Shown: one piece after another, positions 8,813 through 18,949 of the stretch | Layout: every line of letters starts with the position of its first letter | Numbering within the stretch: position 1 is the stretch's first letter | From: an uncultured Thermococci archaeon | GTDB taxonomy: Archaea > CAYQAE01 > CAYVLA01 | DNA: 64,000 bases | Reading direction: 5' to 3' | NCBI GenBank assembly: GCA_964549615.1 | Contig: CAZJVP010000081.1 | Location: forward strand, 22,892 to 86,891 | The notes under the pieces: model-generated | Told to the model about the DNA's origin: nothing | The model's input: only the letters and a program-made list of their open reading frames with translations | Database searches by the model: none | Position numbers and translations under genes: made by a program

Positions 8813-10939
8813 ATGAAACTTGAGAGCCTGTTCGCGCCGAAATCCGTCGCCCTGATCGGCGCGAGCCGGGATCCAAACAAGGTTGGCCACAGGATCCTAA
8901 AGAACATCATTGACGGCGGGTTCGAGGGTGAGATCTACCCCATCAACCCTGAGGCGCAGGAGCTACTTGGTCGAAAGTGCTACGCGAACATAGGTGATGT
9001 TCCTGGTACTGTGGACCTAGCGATCATTTGCGTCCCAGCCCGGGTCGTTCCCTCGGTGGTTGAGGGATGCGGCAGGAAAGGCGTGAAATCGCTCATCGTC
9101 ATATCCGCCGGCTTCAGCGAGACGGGCAGGGATGGCACAACCCTCGAGAGGCAACTCGTCCAACTCTGCCGTAATTACGGCATGCGAATGCAAGGGCCCA
9201 ACTGCCTAGGTTTGGTTAGCGTCCGCGGCAAGCTGAATGCCTCCTTCGCCTCCACGAATCCGCCGGCGGGGAACGTGGCCTTCATATCGCAAAGCGGGGC
9301 GCTGGGAAGCACGATCCTGAACTGGGCCGCGCAGCACGATGCGGGATTCACCGCGTTCGTGAGTCTGGGAAACGAGGCCGACCTCGACGCTGCGGACTTC
9401 ATCGAGGCCATGGCAGAGGACGAGAAGACCAATGTCATCGCCCTCTACATAGAGGGCGTCAAGGACGGCGAGCGCTTCGTGAAGATCGCCAGCGGGATGA
9501 CGCAGAGGAAGCCGGTCGTAGCTCTCAAGGCCGGCACGACCGACGTTGGCATAAGGGCAGTCTCGTCCCATACGGGCTCGCTTGCCGGATCCGATGCAGC
9601 GTTTACCGCAGCATTTAGGAAGGCGGGCATCCTGCGCGTCAATACCCTGGACGAGCTGTTCAACCTGATACTCGCCTTCGAGGCCCAACCGCTGCCTGCG
9701 GGCAGGAACGTCGTGATAGTCACCAACGGGGGAGGACCTGGAATCCTCGCGGCAGATGCGTGCGAGAAGATGGGTCTGGAGCTACCGCTCCTGGAGCGCC
9801 CATTGCTCGAGAATATGGAAGCACAACTACCTCCACAGGCAAGCATACATAACCCCATCGACGTCCTGGGGGACGCCGACGAGAAACGGTACGGGCTTGC
9901 GTTGGAGGCTGCCCTAGCAAGCAAGAACGCGGATGCCATAATCGTGGTCCTGACACCCCAAGCGATGACTCCGCAAGAGAAGATCGCGGAGGCCGTCGTC
10001 CAAGCGTCCAAGAGGTCGCGGGGCAAGCCCATCCTGGCGGTTTTCATGGGGCTGGATGACCGCTCCGCTGCGATCCAGGGCTTGAGGAAGAACAACGTGC
10101 CCAACTACAACTACCCGGAGCAGGCCGCAGCCGTGTTGGGGTCGATGTGCGCATATGCAGAGATGCGCGCAAGGATTCGGGAAGAGCCTCCGCGATTTTT
10201 GGATGTCGATGACAGACTTGCCAGACAACTGATCGCGAGCGTGAGGAAGGAGGGCAGGGTAAACCTCACCACGGAGGAATCCATGAAGCTTGTGAGCATG
10301 TATCGAATTCCAGTCCCCATGGCCGCACTGGCCCGAAGCCGCGAAGAGGCCGCACGAATCGCCGACAGTATAGGATATCCGATCGTGCTGAAGATCGTCT
10401 CGCCCGAGATAGTTCACAAGACCGACCTAGGCGGCGTTGTGCTCGACATAAGGAACCGCGAGGAACTCGAGAGGAACTACGACCTGGTCCTCCAGAGGAT
10501 GAGCGTCGCGATGCCCGAGGCTACCATACGCGGAGTCCTCGTACAGAGGATGTACCCGTCGGCAAGGGAGGTTATAATCGGGGGGATTCGGGATCCCCAG
10601 TTCGGTCCCTTGTTCATGTTCGGCCTGGGGGGGATCTACGTGAATTTCCTTCGTGACGTGTCCTACGGCCTCTCGCCCCTGACCAGGACGGAAGCTATCA
10701 GAATGATTCAGGAGACCAAGGCGTATGCGCTCCTGAGGGGAGTCAGGGGGCAGCCTCCATCCGACATCGAGTCGGTGGTCGACGTCATGCTCAGGCTTTC
10801 GAACCTGATGACAAGCATCGAGGACGTAGTGGAAATGGAGATAAACCCGCTCTTCGCATACGAGAAGGGATGCTTGGCGGTTGATGTCAGGGTGACGATT
10901 TCACGCAAGGACGCGAAGGGAGGAGAGGAAGGAGGATGA
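8813..10939 (+). CDS. acd: ADP-forming acetate/acyl-CoA ligase, fused alpha-beta
   Basis: PKSVALIGAS, GPNCLG, SQSGA, SHTGSLAG (phospho-His), TNGGGPG, NPIDV, HKTDLGGV, DPQFGP, EINPL. Confidence 0.92.
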   Translation: MKLESLFAPKSVALIGASRDPNKVGHRILKNIIDGGFEGEIYPINPEAQELLGRKCYANIGDVPGTVDLAIICVPARVVPSVVEGCGRKGVKSLIVISAGFSETGRDGTTLERQLVQLCRNYGMRMQGPNCLGLVSVRGKLNASFASTNPPAGNVAFISQSGALGSTILNWAAQHDAGFTAFVSLGNEADLDAADFIEAMAEDEKTNVIALYIEGVKDGERFVKIASGMTQRKPVVALKAGTTDVGIRAVSSHTGSLAGSDAAFTAAFRKAGILRVNTLDELFNLILAFEAQPLPAGRNVVIVTNGGGPGILAADACEKMGLELPLLERPLLENMEAQLPPQASIHNPIDVLGDADEKRYGLALEAALASKNADAIIVVLTPQAMTPQEKIAEAVVQASKRSRGKPILAVFMGLDDRSAAIQGLRKNNVPNYNYPEQAAAVLGSMCAYAEMRARIREEPPRFLDVDDRLARQLIASVRKEGRVNLTTEESMKLVSMYRIPVPMAALARSREEAARIADSIGYPIVLKIVSPEIVHKTDLGGVVLDIRNREELERNYDLVLQRMSVAMPEATIRGVLVQRMYPSAREVIIGGIRDPQFGPLFMFGLGGIYVNFLRDVSYGLSPLTRTEAIRMIQETKAYALLRGVRGQPPSDIESVVDVMLRLSNLMTSIEDVVEMEINPLFAYEKGCLAVDVRVTISRKDAKGGEEGG

Positions 10940-11997
10940 AGAGCATCTACGTGATCTCCACTGGAACGCTGGCCGGGAAGAGCCTTACGGTGCTTTTCCT
11001 TGCCTTGAAAGCAAGGTCCAACGGTAAGAAGGTCGGCTACTTCAAACCCATAGGCATAGGGTCATCGCTGGACGCACGAGGCAACCTGGTTGACGAGGAC
11101 GCCGAAACGATGAGGAAGATCCTGGATTTGGAGGAGAGACCCGAACTTATCTGCCCCGTCACGATACCGAGAGGGGAGTTTCTGGAGAAATACCCCGCCA
11201 CGGCTGCCCGCGACTTGGCGGAGAGAATCATGGCCTCTTACAAGGCGCTGTGTGAAGGGAAGGATCTCGTATTCATCGAGGGGCCCGACCGGCTGTGGAC
11301 CGGATCCTTCGCCGGCCTGCCAGCCCCTAGGGTTGCAGCCATGCTTGGTGCCGGCATGCTCTTGGTCTCGCCCTGCCAAGACGACCCCGCCGTGGACGAC
11401 TTGATTCACGCGCACGACTACTGCGAGCAGAACGGAGCCATCGTCACCGGGGCTTTGCTGACGCGCATGTCTCCCGAGAGGATGGAAACGACGAAGAGGG
11501 TCATCGTTCCGTTCCTAGAAGCCCGAGGCGTAAGGGTGCTCGGCACGGTCCCGGAGGAACGAAAGCTTGCCGCGCTGACGGTGAGGGACATCCACGAGGC
11601 CATCGACGGAAAGGTCCTCGCTGGCAAGGACGGAATGGATAAGATGATTCAGAACTACCTCGTGGGCGCGATGACGATGGAAAGTGCGATGAAGTACTTC
11701 AGAAGGGCAGAGGACGAACTGGTGATAACCGGCGGCGACCGGACCGACATAATACTTGCCGCTATGGAGGCCGGGGCAGCCGCGATCGTTCTAACCGGCA
11801 ATCTCCATCCCAGCATCAAGATCCTGCCCCGGGCGGACGACATGGCGATACCGATCATACTCGTTCCGCACGACACCTTCACCACGCTTGCACTGGTTCA
11901 GAAGACCATCGGAAAGATCAAGCCGGGAGATGAGAGGCGGATCGCGTTAGCGACGGACCTTTTCGAGCGCAACGTGAGATGGAACGAGATACTTTGA
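10936..11997 (+). CDS. Phosphotransacetylase N-terminal-like protein (BioD-like P-loop plus DRTGG), without a PTA catalytic domain
   Basis: GKS...GYFKPIG, LVGAM, VITGGDRTDI; ATGA overlap with acd. Confidence 0.85.
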   Translation: MKSIYVISTGTLAGKSLTVLFLALKARSNGKKVGYFKPIGIGSSLDARGNLVDEDAETMRKILDLEERPELICPVTIPRGEFLEKYPATAARDLAERIMASYKALCEGKDLVFIEGPDRLWTGSFAGLPAPRVAAMLGAGMLLVSPCQDDPAVDDLIHAHDYCEQNGAIVTGALLTRMSPERMETTKRVIVPFLEARGVRVLGTVPEERKLAALTVRDIHEAIDGKVLAGKDGMDKMIQNYLVGAMTMESAMKYFRRAEDELVITGGDRTDIILAAMEAGAAAIVLTGNLHPSIKILPRADDMAIPIILVPHDTFTTLALVQKTIGKIKPGDERRIALATDLFERNVRWNEIL

Positions 11998-12137
11998 AGC
12001 AGGTCCCACGCGGGTCCACCGGCTGCTGGCACCCTTGGCCCCATGGTCCGGACAATCGAAGTGAGTCCAAGCAGAAGGGTCGGCGGCCAGTAAGGTGTGG
12101 CAATATTTATCATACGGGGAGGGACGCGACGAGACCC

Positions 12138-13103
12138 ATGGAGATCAAGGAGATCACCCTAAAGGAGCTGAGGCCCAAGCAGTTCATCTCCGAGAAAGTC
12201 GAGGAAATCAGATCGATCGTCGGCAACGCCTCGGCGATCAACGCGCTGTCCGGCGGCGTCGATTCGTCTGTCGTGACCATGCTTGGGCACAAGGCACTGG
12301 GAGACAGGCTCCACACATACTTCATCGACTCCGGCCTCATGCGTCAGGATGAACCTGAAAGGGTCGTGCGACTCTTCTCCCGTCTTGGCGTGAAGGTCCA
12401 GCTGGTGGATGCGAGCAGTGACTTCTTCGAAGCGCTCAAAGGGCTGACCGACCCGGAGCAGAAGAGGGAAGCCATAACGCAGACGTTCTACAGAAAAGTC
12501 TTCGGGCGGATCGTCAGGGAGAGCGGATCGCGCTTTCTGCTTCAGGGAACGAACTACACGGATGTGGAGGAAACCGTTGCCGGCATCAAACGCCAGCACA
12601 ACATTCTCGCTCAACTCGGGATCGACACGGAGAGGGAATACGGATACACCGTCGTCGAACCGCTGATCCAGCTCAGGAAGACCGCGGTCAGAAGGATTGC
12701 TAGATCGCTTGGACTGCCAGCGGAGATCTACAAGAGGCCGCCTTTTCCCGGGCCAGCGTTGGCTGCGCGAGTGATAGGCGAGGTCACGCCCGAAAGGATC
12801 GCGATCGTCAGGAAAGCCACGAGCATCGTCGAACGCGAGCTCGCACGGACCAAAGCATTCCAGTACCTTGCCATCTTGCACGAAGACAAGGTCACGGGCG
12901 TGCGCGGGGGAAAGAGAGACTTCGGGCTGCAGATCGAGGTGAGATGCTGGAACAGCAGGGATGCCAAGGTCGCATCCCCGACGAATCTGCCCTTCAGGGT
13001 TCTTGAGAGGCTTGCTCACAGGATAACCTCGGAGGTTCCAGGCGTCGTCAGCGTCACGTACAACGTAACCAGGAAGCCGCCCTCGACCATAGAAGCGGTG
13101 TAA
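12138..13103 (+). CDS. guaAB: GMP synthase subunit B (ATP pyrophosphatase)
   Basis: LSGGVDS, DPEQKR, IKRQHN, PFPGPALA, KPPSTIE; TATA-like ATATTTAT at ~12103. Confidence 0.9.
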   Translation: MEIKEITLKELRPKQFISEKVEEIRSIVGNASAINALSGGVDSSVVTMLGHKALGDRLHTYFIDSGLMRQDEPERVVRLFSRLGVKVQLVDASSDFFEALKGLTDPEQKREAITQTFYRKVFGRIVRESGSRFLLQGTNYTDVEETVAGIKRQHNILAQLGIDTEREYGYTVVEPLIQLRKTAVRRIARSLGLPAEIYKRPPFPGPALAARVIGEVTPERIAIVRKATSIVERELARTKAFQYLAILHEDKVTGVRGGKRDFGLQIEVRCWNSRDAKVASPTNLPFRVLERLAHRITSEVPGVVSVTYNVTRKPPSTIEAV

Positions 13104-13311
13104 CGGCGGTCCTGGTTCTTGACACGGTCGATGCTCCAGGCCGGCGGATGGGAATGGATGACGCGAAGAACGACGCTCCCTTTTGCTCAGGTCCCGGACG
13201 GTGGAGTGCGATGTGCGCCGCCCACGGATGATCCGGCGTAAAGCCGAGTTGCAGGCAACCCGACAAGTCAGTGGTAAGAACATCTTTCAGCCACATCGGG
13301 ACGCCGCGTCC

Positions 13312-15261
13312 GTGCCACGCAAGAAGCCGCTACCGAGGAAGTACGCGTTCTTCGGACTGCACTTCGACCTTCACCCCAGGAAGGACGATACGCAGCTCGG
13401 GGAGCACCTGACCGAGGACATGGTCACCAACCTGCTAGAGAAAGTAAAGCCGGACTATGTTCAGTACGACTGCAAGGGCCACGCCGGGTACGCAGGGTAT
13501 CCGACCAAGGTCGGTTTCCCGTCCCCCGGAATAGTCAAGGACTCGTTGGCGATATGGCGGAAAGCGACCAGAAAGTTTGGCGTCGGTCTTTATGTCCACT
13601 ACTCCGGGGTCTGGGATTCGGCAGCGATCGAAAACCATCCAGACTGGGCACGGATCGATGCGGATGGGAACCCAGATAAGGACTCGACCAGCACCTTTGG
13701 GCCCTACTGCGAAAGGTTGCTCATACCGCAGCTGAAGGAAGCCATCGACGCCTACGATCTCGACGGCGTATGGGTCGATGGAGATTGCTGGGCTGTCAAG
13801 CCAGACTTCAGTCCGACCGCGGTGGAGGCTTTCACCCAAGCGACCGGCATCGAGGCGATCCCGCGAAAGGCTGGGGACCCGCACTGGAAGGAGTTCCTAG
13901 AGTTCCAGAGAGAGGCCTTTAGGCAGTACGTGAGAAGGTACGTCCAAGCCCTTCACCAACACAAGCCGGGTTTCCAAGTCGCAAGCAACTGGATGTTCTC
14001 CAGCTTTGCCCCCGAGCCGATCACCATCCCAGTGGACTACATCTCCGGTGATTACTCGGCCGGGGACTCTGTGAATACCGCGCGCCTCGAGGCACGGTAC
14101 ATGGCCTCGACGGGAATGCCGTGGGACCTAATGGCATGGGGATTCAACAGGGGCAGGGATTCCGGCTGGTCGCTGAAGACGGCGATCCAGCTCAAACAGG
14201 AGGCCTCCGTTGTCCTATCCCAGGGCGGAGGCTTCCAGATCTATTACAACCCCACCCGGGCCGGCTGGATCGATGGCTGGATGATCAAGATCATGGCCGA
14301 GGTCGCACGATTCTGCAGAGAGCGCCAAGCGTTTTCGCACAGGACGCGGACGGTGCCTCAGGTCGCGTTGCTCCTTTCCGAGACGAGCATCCACGACAAG
14401 ACGGATCGGCTCTTCGGTGGCTGGGGCGATCTTACGAGGCCGGTTGAGGGAATGCTGCACGCTCTCCTCGAGCTGCACTATTCCGTCGACATACAGGCGG
14501 AACACCAGCTTGCAGCTGCCCTTGGGAGGTATCCGCTCATCGTGATCCCGGAGTGCCACCTCATTCCTGACGATCTTCGTGAGGCCCTGATCCGGCGCGC
14601 GCAGCGTGGCGGGTCGCTCTTGCTCGTCGGAGCCGAGGCGGCACGCGCATTCGGGGACGTTCTGGGCGTGAAGATGGCCGGAGAGCCCGCGAATGCACAG
14701 GCGATGTATCTGCAAGGCGGAGACGATCTCGCCTGGCTGGGCGGGACGTGGCAGGAGGTCGAGCCGACGACAGCCCAATGGGTCGGGAGGGCCTACAGGT
14801 CCTCCGATACGAGACAGGACCCGTCGTGTGCTGCAACCGTCGGGCGACTTGGAAAGGGAATGGTGGGAGCGATATATGGGCCGTTCGGGACCGTCTTCCG
14901 TGGCTTCCATAATCCCGTGGCCAGACGATTCCTCGGAGACATAATGAAACGGCTCTTTCCCAGACCTGCGTTGACTGTGGAGGCACCGCCATGCGTGGAT
15001 GTGGCCTTGAGGAAGAAACGCGGCGATTTGCTCGTCCAGATGGTCAATGCCTCGGGAATGCAGGTCGCCTCGGACTACCCGATAATAGACTACATACCGC
15101 CCGTGTCGAACCTAGTCATTGAGCTTGCGATTGGCAAAAGGCCTTCACGCGTGTGTCTTGAGCCAGGGCATGAAAGCGTCCGGGCGAACTGGTCGCGCGG
15201 GCGACTTCGCGTCAGAGTCCGGTCGCTGGATATACACTCGATCCTAGTTGTCTCTACGTAG
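13312..15261 (+). CDS. Alpha-L-fucosidase-like glycoside hydrolase (GH151/GH29-like) with GH42-like trimerisation domain
   Basis: GLHFDLH, CKGHAG..YPT, YDLDGVWVDG, VALL and RGGSLLLVG; no signal peptide; start uncertain (13183-13312). Confidence 0.7.
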   Translation: MPRKKPLPRKYAFFGLHFDLHPRKDDTQLGEHLTEDMVTNLLEKVKPDYVQYDCKGHAGYAGYPTKVGFPSPGIVKDSLAIWRKATRKFGVGLYVHYSGVWDSAAIENHPDWARIDADGNPDKDSTSTFGPYCERLLIPQLKEAIDAYDLDGVWVDGDCWAVKPDFSPTAVEAFTQATGIEAIPRKAGDPHWKEFLEFQREAFRQYVRRYVQALHQHKPGFQVASNWMFSSFAPEPITIPVDYISGDYSAGDSVNTARLEARYMASTGMPWDLMAWGFNRGRDSGWSLKTAIQLKQEASVVLSQGGGFQIYYNPTRAGWIDGWMIKIMAEVARFCRERQAFSHRTRTVPQVALLLSETSIHDKTDRLFGGWGDLTRPVEGMLHALLELHYSVDIQAEHQLAAALGRYPLIVIPECHLIPDDLREALIRRAQRGGSLLLVGAEAARAFGDVLGVKMAGEPANAQAMYLQGGDDLAWLGGTWQEVEPTTAQWVGRAYRSSDTRQDPSCAATVGRLGKGMVGAIYGPFGTVFRGFHNPVARRFLGDIMKRLFPRPALTVEAPPCVDVALRKKRGDLLVQMVNASGMQVASDYPIIDYIPPVSNLVIELAIGKRPSRVCLEPGHESVRANWSRGRLRVRVRSLDIHSILVVST

Positions 15262-15402
15262 GCATCAAGAGCCGTCCATGCGCCGGGATTCGCGAACGAA
15301 GAAGACTCCGGCGCGACTACGACAAGGATGCCTCCCAGCCAAGGCCGCCGCCATGGGGAAAAACGGTTAAGATGTCACCGGTTCCGAAGGGCGGCGGTGC
15401 AG

Positions 15403-16659
15403 ATGAGGTCGTGGCTCGTTCGACTAGCTGTGGCAGTGGTCCTGTCGATGAGCGCCGAAGCCAGCGTGGGTGCCGATCCAGTGAGGATCCTGGGCATGGG
15501 CACCCTACTTCCGGCGGACACCCCCGTCTACCACTGGTGCAGCGATGATCCGCTCATGGCCCTGACCATCATTCCCACCAGGCTAGGGGCGATAAGCTAC
15601 GAGCCCGAGGATGCGAAGAGGCTGATAAGGCTGTACTTCCCCAGGAAGCTAGACAGATCGACGGTCGATCTCCTCCTCTTCTCAGCTGGAGACGTCGTGC
15701 ATTTCACGAGTTCCCAGATCGCCGCCATGACCTCGAGCGTCAAACAAGGTGTTGCCGCGATGGCAGACTGCGGGGGCACGAGCGCGATCCTTCAGTACAT
15801 AGAGTCGTGGGTTGCCTCTGGGATCGACGAGATCTTCCCCAACGACGTTTCTGCGGTGCTTTCCGCGCGCTACGGGTTCTTCACGGGCACCTACCCCGGG
15901 TATTTCCTCAGGGGCATCCCGTACACCCTGAGAATACGAGAGGACGTTCCAAACAATCCTTTTTCCCCGTTCCTCGCAGTCGGGATCGAGCGCGTCCACG
16001 GGTTCGCACCCAGGAACGTTATCCCCAAGCCCGGCTCCGCGATCCTGGCCGACATGATTGGAGAGCAGGGCTTCCTGAAGGACGGGCCGCCATTTTCAGT
16101 TGCGTGGATGTACGAAGATGGTCGAACCCTCGTCGTCTCTGAGTGGTTGGGTCACCCCTTCTGGGGAGACTACGCCTCCGACATACACCAGTCGGAGAAC
16201 CGCTACGGCCATGAGATGTTCCTCAACCTCGTACTCTACCTCGTCGGAAGGCCCATCTCGCAGGACATCGTCGAGATGCATCGCGCAAACCGGGATAGGG
16301 AGGAGATGCGGTTCTTGAGGGACAACGTCCTCTCCGCAATCGATTTCGCGGCCAACTTCGGGGCCAACGTCCGGATGGCCGAGAACGAACTCGCCGACGT
16401 GGACGGGCTGATGAAGGAGGCAGATGCTTTGTATCTGGAGGGCGAGTTCGGCCGAAGCTCGGAGACCGTCAGTTCGTGCATCGACAGACTGCGAGGTCTT
16501 TTCGAAAAGTCGCTTTCGCTGAAGGATAGGGCCCTCGCATCTCTCTACATGTCCGAATGGCTCGCGATCACGGGCACGCTTGTGATCTGCGGTCTGGTGT
16601 TGTACGAGATGATGGTGAGAAGAAGGATCTACAAAGTGGTCCAGACGACGAGGACCTAG
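15403..16659 (+). CDS. Uncharacterised secreted, C-terminally membrane-anchored protein (paralog of 131-1318)
   Basis: Signal peptide MRSWLVRLAVAVVLSMSAEA; C-terminal TM followed by RRRIYKVVQTTR. Confidence 0.75.
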   Translation: MRSWLVRLAVAVVLSMSAEASVGADPVRILGMGTLLPADTPVYHWCSDDPLMALTIIPTRLGAISYEPEDAKRLIRLYFPRKLDRSTVDLLLFSAGDVVHFTSSQIAAMTSSVKQGVAAMADCGGTSAILQYIESWVASGIDEIFPNDVSAVLSARYGFFTGTYPGYFLRGIPYTLRIREDVPNNPFSPFLAVGIERVHGFAPRNVIPKPGSAILADMIGEQGFLKDGPPFSVAWMYEDGRTLVVSEWLGHPFWGDYASDIHQSENRYGHEMFLNLVLYLVGRPISQDIVEMHRANRDREEMRFLRDNVLSAIDFAANFGANVRMAENELADVDGLMKEADALYLEGEFGRSSETVSSCIDRLRGLFEKSLSLKDRALASLYMSEWLAITGTLVICGLVLYEMMVRRRIYKVVQTTRT

Positions 16660-16840
16660 CTCGTGTAGGCTGGGCCCAACGCCCCGGTGGGCCTTGGACC
16701 GTCCAGCAGGGAGCTCCCATGGCCCGGCCCAAAAAAGCAACCGCGGGGACCCAAGGCTTGATCGGCAGCGTGGCAATAGCGCGCAATGAAGGACCGGTAC
16801 TGGACACACTTTTCTTCTCGCTTGGCGAGACTGGGCCGGT

Positions 16841-17200
16841 GTGAATTTGGACAAGAAGGATGTCCTCAAAGCGCTCCAGAAGGTCTATGATCCGGAACAC
16901 CCGATCTCCGTGCTCGATCTGAAGATCGTCAGCGAAGATGATATCAGGATGCTGCCGGGCCGAATAGAGCTTGAGTTCTCGCCCACCACGCCCTTCTGCC
17001 CGATGGGCGGCGCGATCGGGGTCGTGATCAAGTACGCTCTTGAGAAGCAGCTTGGGGTCCCCGTGGACGTCAAGGTCAAGCCCGGCACGCACGTCCAAGA
17101 GAAAACCCTCAACGAGACGCTGAGCGATCCTGCCAAGTACGAGGCAGCACGAAAGAGGTTCGAAGAGCTGGGCATCATGGACCAGTGTATCCAGAGCTAG
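16841..17200 (+). CDS. DUF59/MIP18 (SufT-like) Fe-S cluster assembly protein
   Basis: L.KVYDPE.PISVLDL.IV and PTTPFCPM motifs. Confidence 0.85.
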   Translation: MNLDKKDVLKALQKVYDPEHPISVLDLKIVSEDDIRMLPGRIELEFSPTTPFCPMGGAIGVVIKYALEKQLGVPVDVKVKPGTHVQEKTLNETLSDPAKYEAARKRFEELGIMDQCIQS

Positions 17201-17282
17201 GATCGGCTGGGTGCGCAACCTGCGAGTACGAAACCTAGGCGCTCGACATGTTTCCACCTGCTGCCGCGCAGTTGGTGTAAGA

Positions 17283-18542
17283 TCAATTGACGGATATTGC
17301 ACGCGTGATGCGGTAGTTGCTGGGCTTGAAGCCCACCCCGTATGTTGTGGAGGTCGTCTCGCAAACGTAGTACTTCGTCCCGTTAACTTCGTAGAAGTCG
17401 CCTGACGCACCTGCTACCGAGACTCCAACCATCATGTGGTCCTCCTCTCCATCGCCGTTTGTGTCGACCAGTAGGAGCACGACGGGATATCCTTCGCTTC
17501 CAGCAGAACGCATTAGTCGTGCGGCAAGAACCGACGTGTCCTCGCAGTCGCCTCCTCCCTCCACCAGCGTCTCAAGCGGGTGCCTGACGTAGCCCTGGTC
17601 GGGTGCGTCGTAGATGTAGGGCAGGTACTGAACGAACTTGAGGATGTTGTTGACCCTTTGCAGATCGGTCGCAGCCTGACCATATAGATAATCCGCAAGC
17701 AGTTCGACATCATTGCACGGCGTCTGCAGGACCTTGATGAAGGATTCTTCCTCGGCGTCACTGTAATGCGGTCCGACCGCTAGTGCGATATACTCGCTTC
17801 TGTTGAACCCGGTTCCGCGCAACCCGCTCGCGCCTTTCGACCAGTGCCTCTGACCCAAGTAGAACCAATCATAGTCTCGGTATATCTCACCCGCGAGGGA
17901 AATGGCATCTTCAAACTGGCGGAGCCGCGCACTGGAATCGTTGTAGAGCCCAAGCAGCCGCTCGTTTGAGGCCGTCAGGCTTTCGAGCTCTTGCATGATC
18001 GAGCTGATGTTCCGGTTCAGACCCTCAATGTCCGCATATGCCCCGGCAAGCATCTCCTCCAACACGGCACACGTTGCCCGCGACTCAGCGAGCTGGGCAG
18101 CCGATTCCTCGAGGAGTATCTTAAGATCATCTGCTTGGCGCTGCAACAGCGCAAGCGACTCGCTTGAGTTGCAGTATTGGTACGTGAGCTCCGATAGCGT
18201 CTGATTGAGTTGGGAATTGCGGGCCAGAAGGCTCTCTTTCTCCGCGGAAAGAGAGCTCAGGTAATCCTTCAACCCATCCATCTCAACCTGCATATCGCGC
18301 AGGTTCTCCTTCTCGGTCCTCAGCTCGACGAGCGTTCTCGCCAGCTCCATTGAAATGGCGTCCCTCTCGGCCGCTACGTCTCGATACATCCCTTTCCACA
18401 AACGATGCCTTCCCGTAGCAAGGTTCTGGTACCCAGCCTGCACGGCAAAGATCAGGCATAGCCCCGAGATAACGATCAACAAGGTGCAGATCGCTCTGGA
18501 TGGTGGCGACAAGGAAGACGACCTCCCGCGCTCCAGCGGCAC
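17283..18542 (-). CDS. Membrane-anchored coiled-coil protein with a C-terminal transglutaminase-like Cys protease domain
   Basis: N-terminal TM, ~150-aa heptad stalk, P.ETL.EGGGDCED, HMMVG and YYVCETT (Cys-His-Glu triad). Confidence 0.8.
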   Translation of the reverse strand: MPLERGRSSSLSPPSRAICTLLIVISGLCLIFAVQAGYQNLATGRHRLWKGMYRDVAAERDAISMELARTLVELRTEKENLRDMQVEMDGLKDYLSSLSAEKESLLARNSQLNQTLSELTYQYCNSSESLALLQRQADDLKILLEESAAQLAESRATCAVLEEMLAGAYADIEGLNRNISSIMQELESLTASNERLLGLYNDSSARLRQFEDAISLAGEIYRDYDWFYLGQRHWSKGASGLRGTGFNRSEYIALAVGPHYSDAEEESFIKVLQTPCNDVELLADYLYGQAATDLQRVNNILKFVQYLPYIYDAPDQGYVRHPLETLVEGGGDCEDTSVLAARLMRSAGSEGYPVVLLLVDTNGDGEEDHMMVGVSVAGASGDFYEVNGTKYYVCETTSTTYGVGFKPSNYRITRAISVN

Positions 18543-18765
18543 CAGCCTCGCATCTATTAATCTCTCTCGGCTGGCCTTTTCACGCGAATGCTGGGTCCGA
18601 TTCCTCGTCTCAACGCTTCCTCCAGACGTTCCTCAACTCCTCGGCGTGCCGGCGACACACCCACACTCCCCATCCACTTGCTGCATGACTCAGAAGCATC
18701 AGGTCATGCAAACGGACCATGGCGCCTGAACCCATCTTTGGAGTCGCATGGTTCACTGCAGCGCC

Positions 18766-18781
18766 GCGATACATGTATCGC
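18766..18781. repeat. Perfect 16-bp palindrome GCGATACATGTATCGC (GATAC-N2-GTATC site A)
   Basis: Read directly from the sequence. Confidence 0.85.
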
Positions 18782-18949
18782 AAGAGGATACCCCGAAACC
18801 GAAGGCTGCAAGACGACCCACCTCTACGGCCATCCATGGCCGGATCTCTCGTCGAACATTTGCGATTCAAGTAAATACCATTCCCCTGAGTTGCAAAGTC
18901 TTTTTATTGGCCGAAAGGGATCCTGATCGTCCAACGAGGAGGAGAACGA

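Noticed and set aside
12138-13103. GMP synthase lacking its glutaminase domain
   Set aside because: Split, often unlinked A and B subunits are normal in archaea.
12159-13283. Long antisense ORFs (also 49313-50185, 29986-30822, 50916-51641 and others)
   Set aside because: Shadow frames of well-supported genes, expected at high GC, with no recognisable motifs.
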